Positions 63,159 through 64,000 of a stretch of DNA of 64,000 nucleotides are shown here, piece by piece. Where the stretch lies: assembly GCA_002633005.1 (NCBI GenBank), contig NMRA01000018.1:1-64000 (forward strand), given 5' to 3'. Position numbers and translations under genes: made by a program. Origin of the DNA: Phoronis australis. Its lineage: Eukaryota; Animalia; Phoronida. The notes under the pieces are model-generated. The model ran no database searches. It worked only from the letters and a program-made list of their open reading frames with translations, and was not told the DNA's origin. How positions within the stretch are numbered: the stretch's first letter is position 1; each line of letters opens with the position of its first letter.

Positions 63159-64000
63159 CTACAATCACAAATAATTCCATCATGTCAGTCTCGTTGTACA
63201 ACTTGTAAACAGGCACTACCTGTAGAGGGCACTCAGTGCATTCAACTACCCAAATGGAAAAAAACCTTAATGTCTCAAGCTCTCAAATTTATTACAAATT
63301 GCATCATTATGAACAATATCTGACTTAAGACATATCTTGTTGAAAATGGCACAGTAGTGATTCCGTAGTACAGTAACTTGAATGAGCTCATTATTCTGAA
63401 AATCTCAATCATTTGCTTCTGATTACCGAAACTCTCTACTTATTTAACACAGTCACCCCATTGTCACGTAACAACAACCATTTTGAAGTAATGTTTTGTC
63501 CCTCCCATACTTCTCACAAGGCTACTTGGTCAGAATTTCTTGCCTCACCTAATTCGCTCACAAAGTCGGTCAGTTTTGAAGTTCGAAAAATGTAAATGCA
63601 AAGCCTTGTCACTAAATCTAGGAATTCTCAAAGTTTTTTCACAGACAGGTCTAAATATCGTACGAATATTCAACACTTAATGTCATCCATTTATATAGGA
63701 TATCTCAAGCGCTTGTTTACGTGTAGTGAAACAGTGTTTCACTAATGATAGAGTCAAGAACACTTACATTGGAACAGGCTAAAATAACTTTACTGTTAAA
63801 CGAACCACGGTGGCCAACCGTAGGTCGCATTTCCTTAAATTCATATGACCAGTTGCCAATGCTTACTTACTAAGTTAACCTCACACAACCGTAAACCACA
63901 AAATTTGTGTTCAGTTTATTCGACACACCCTGACTATCACAAAAATATCTAATTGACGTTGTGCAAAATAAGTGAATAATTATCGCATGTTACAAGCTGT

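Noticed and set aside
63545-63800. Further upstream TMEM175 exon(s)
   Set aside because: Candidate donors exist (near 63561 and 63767), but no convincing acceptor and homology combination; left uncalled.

Overview
Intron-rich eukaryotic genomic DNA, probably from an invertebrate bilaterian (inferred from gene content and transposon families), with assembly gaps at 21894-22501 and 42304-42460 and several single-N joins. Three spliced protein-coding genes can be rebuilt by hand, all on the minus strand and largely missed by the ORF track. (1) The 5' five exons (8267 to 2405) of a cholesterol-oxidase/ChoD-type GMC flavoprotein with a CxxCxxCxxxC motif and an MGCKPS N-terminus that suggests myristoylation plus palmitoylation; it continues off the left edge past an intronic LINE. 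(2) A complete LMO4 (3 coding exons, 34104 to 23621, 203 aa). (3) The 3' eleven exons (63158 to 51989) of the lysosomal K+/H+ channel TMEM175. The rest is non-coding and rich in mobile DNA: two defective APE-RT LINEs, a P element with a THAP exon, 30-bp TIRs and a 7-bp TSD, a 27-bp P-type footprint, a THAP/Kolobok-like remnant, a Helentron-type element, MITEs with 3-, 4-, 6- and 9-bp TSDs, tRNA-derived SINEs and minisatellites. The best candidate for new biology is the apparently membrane-anchored, bacterial-type sterol-oxidase-like enzyme. Also notable are a tandem duplication of a TMEM175 splice donor and a CLEAR/YY1-bearing element inside a TMEM175 intron. No CRISPR array, rRNA or true tRNA gene is supported. 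All family assignments come from motif recognition, not database searches.
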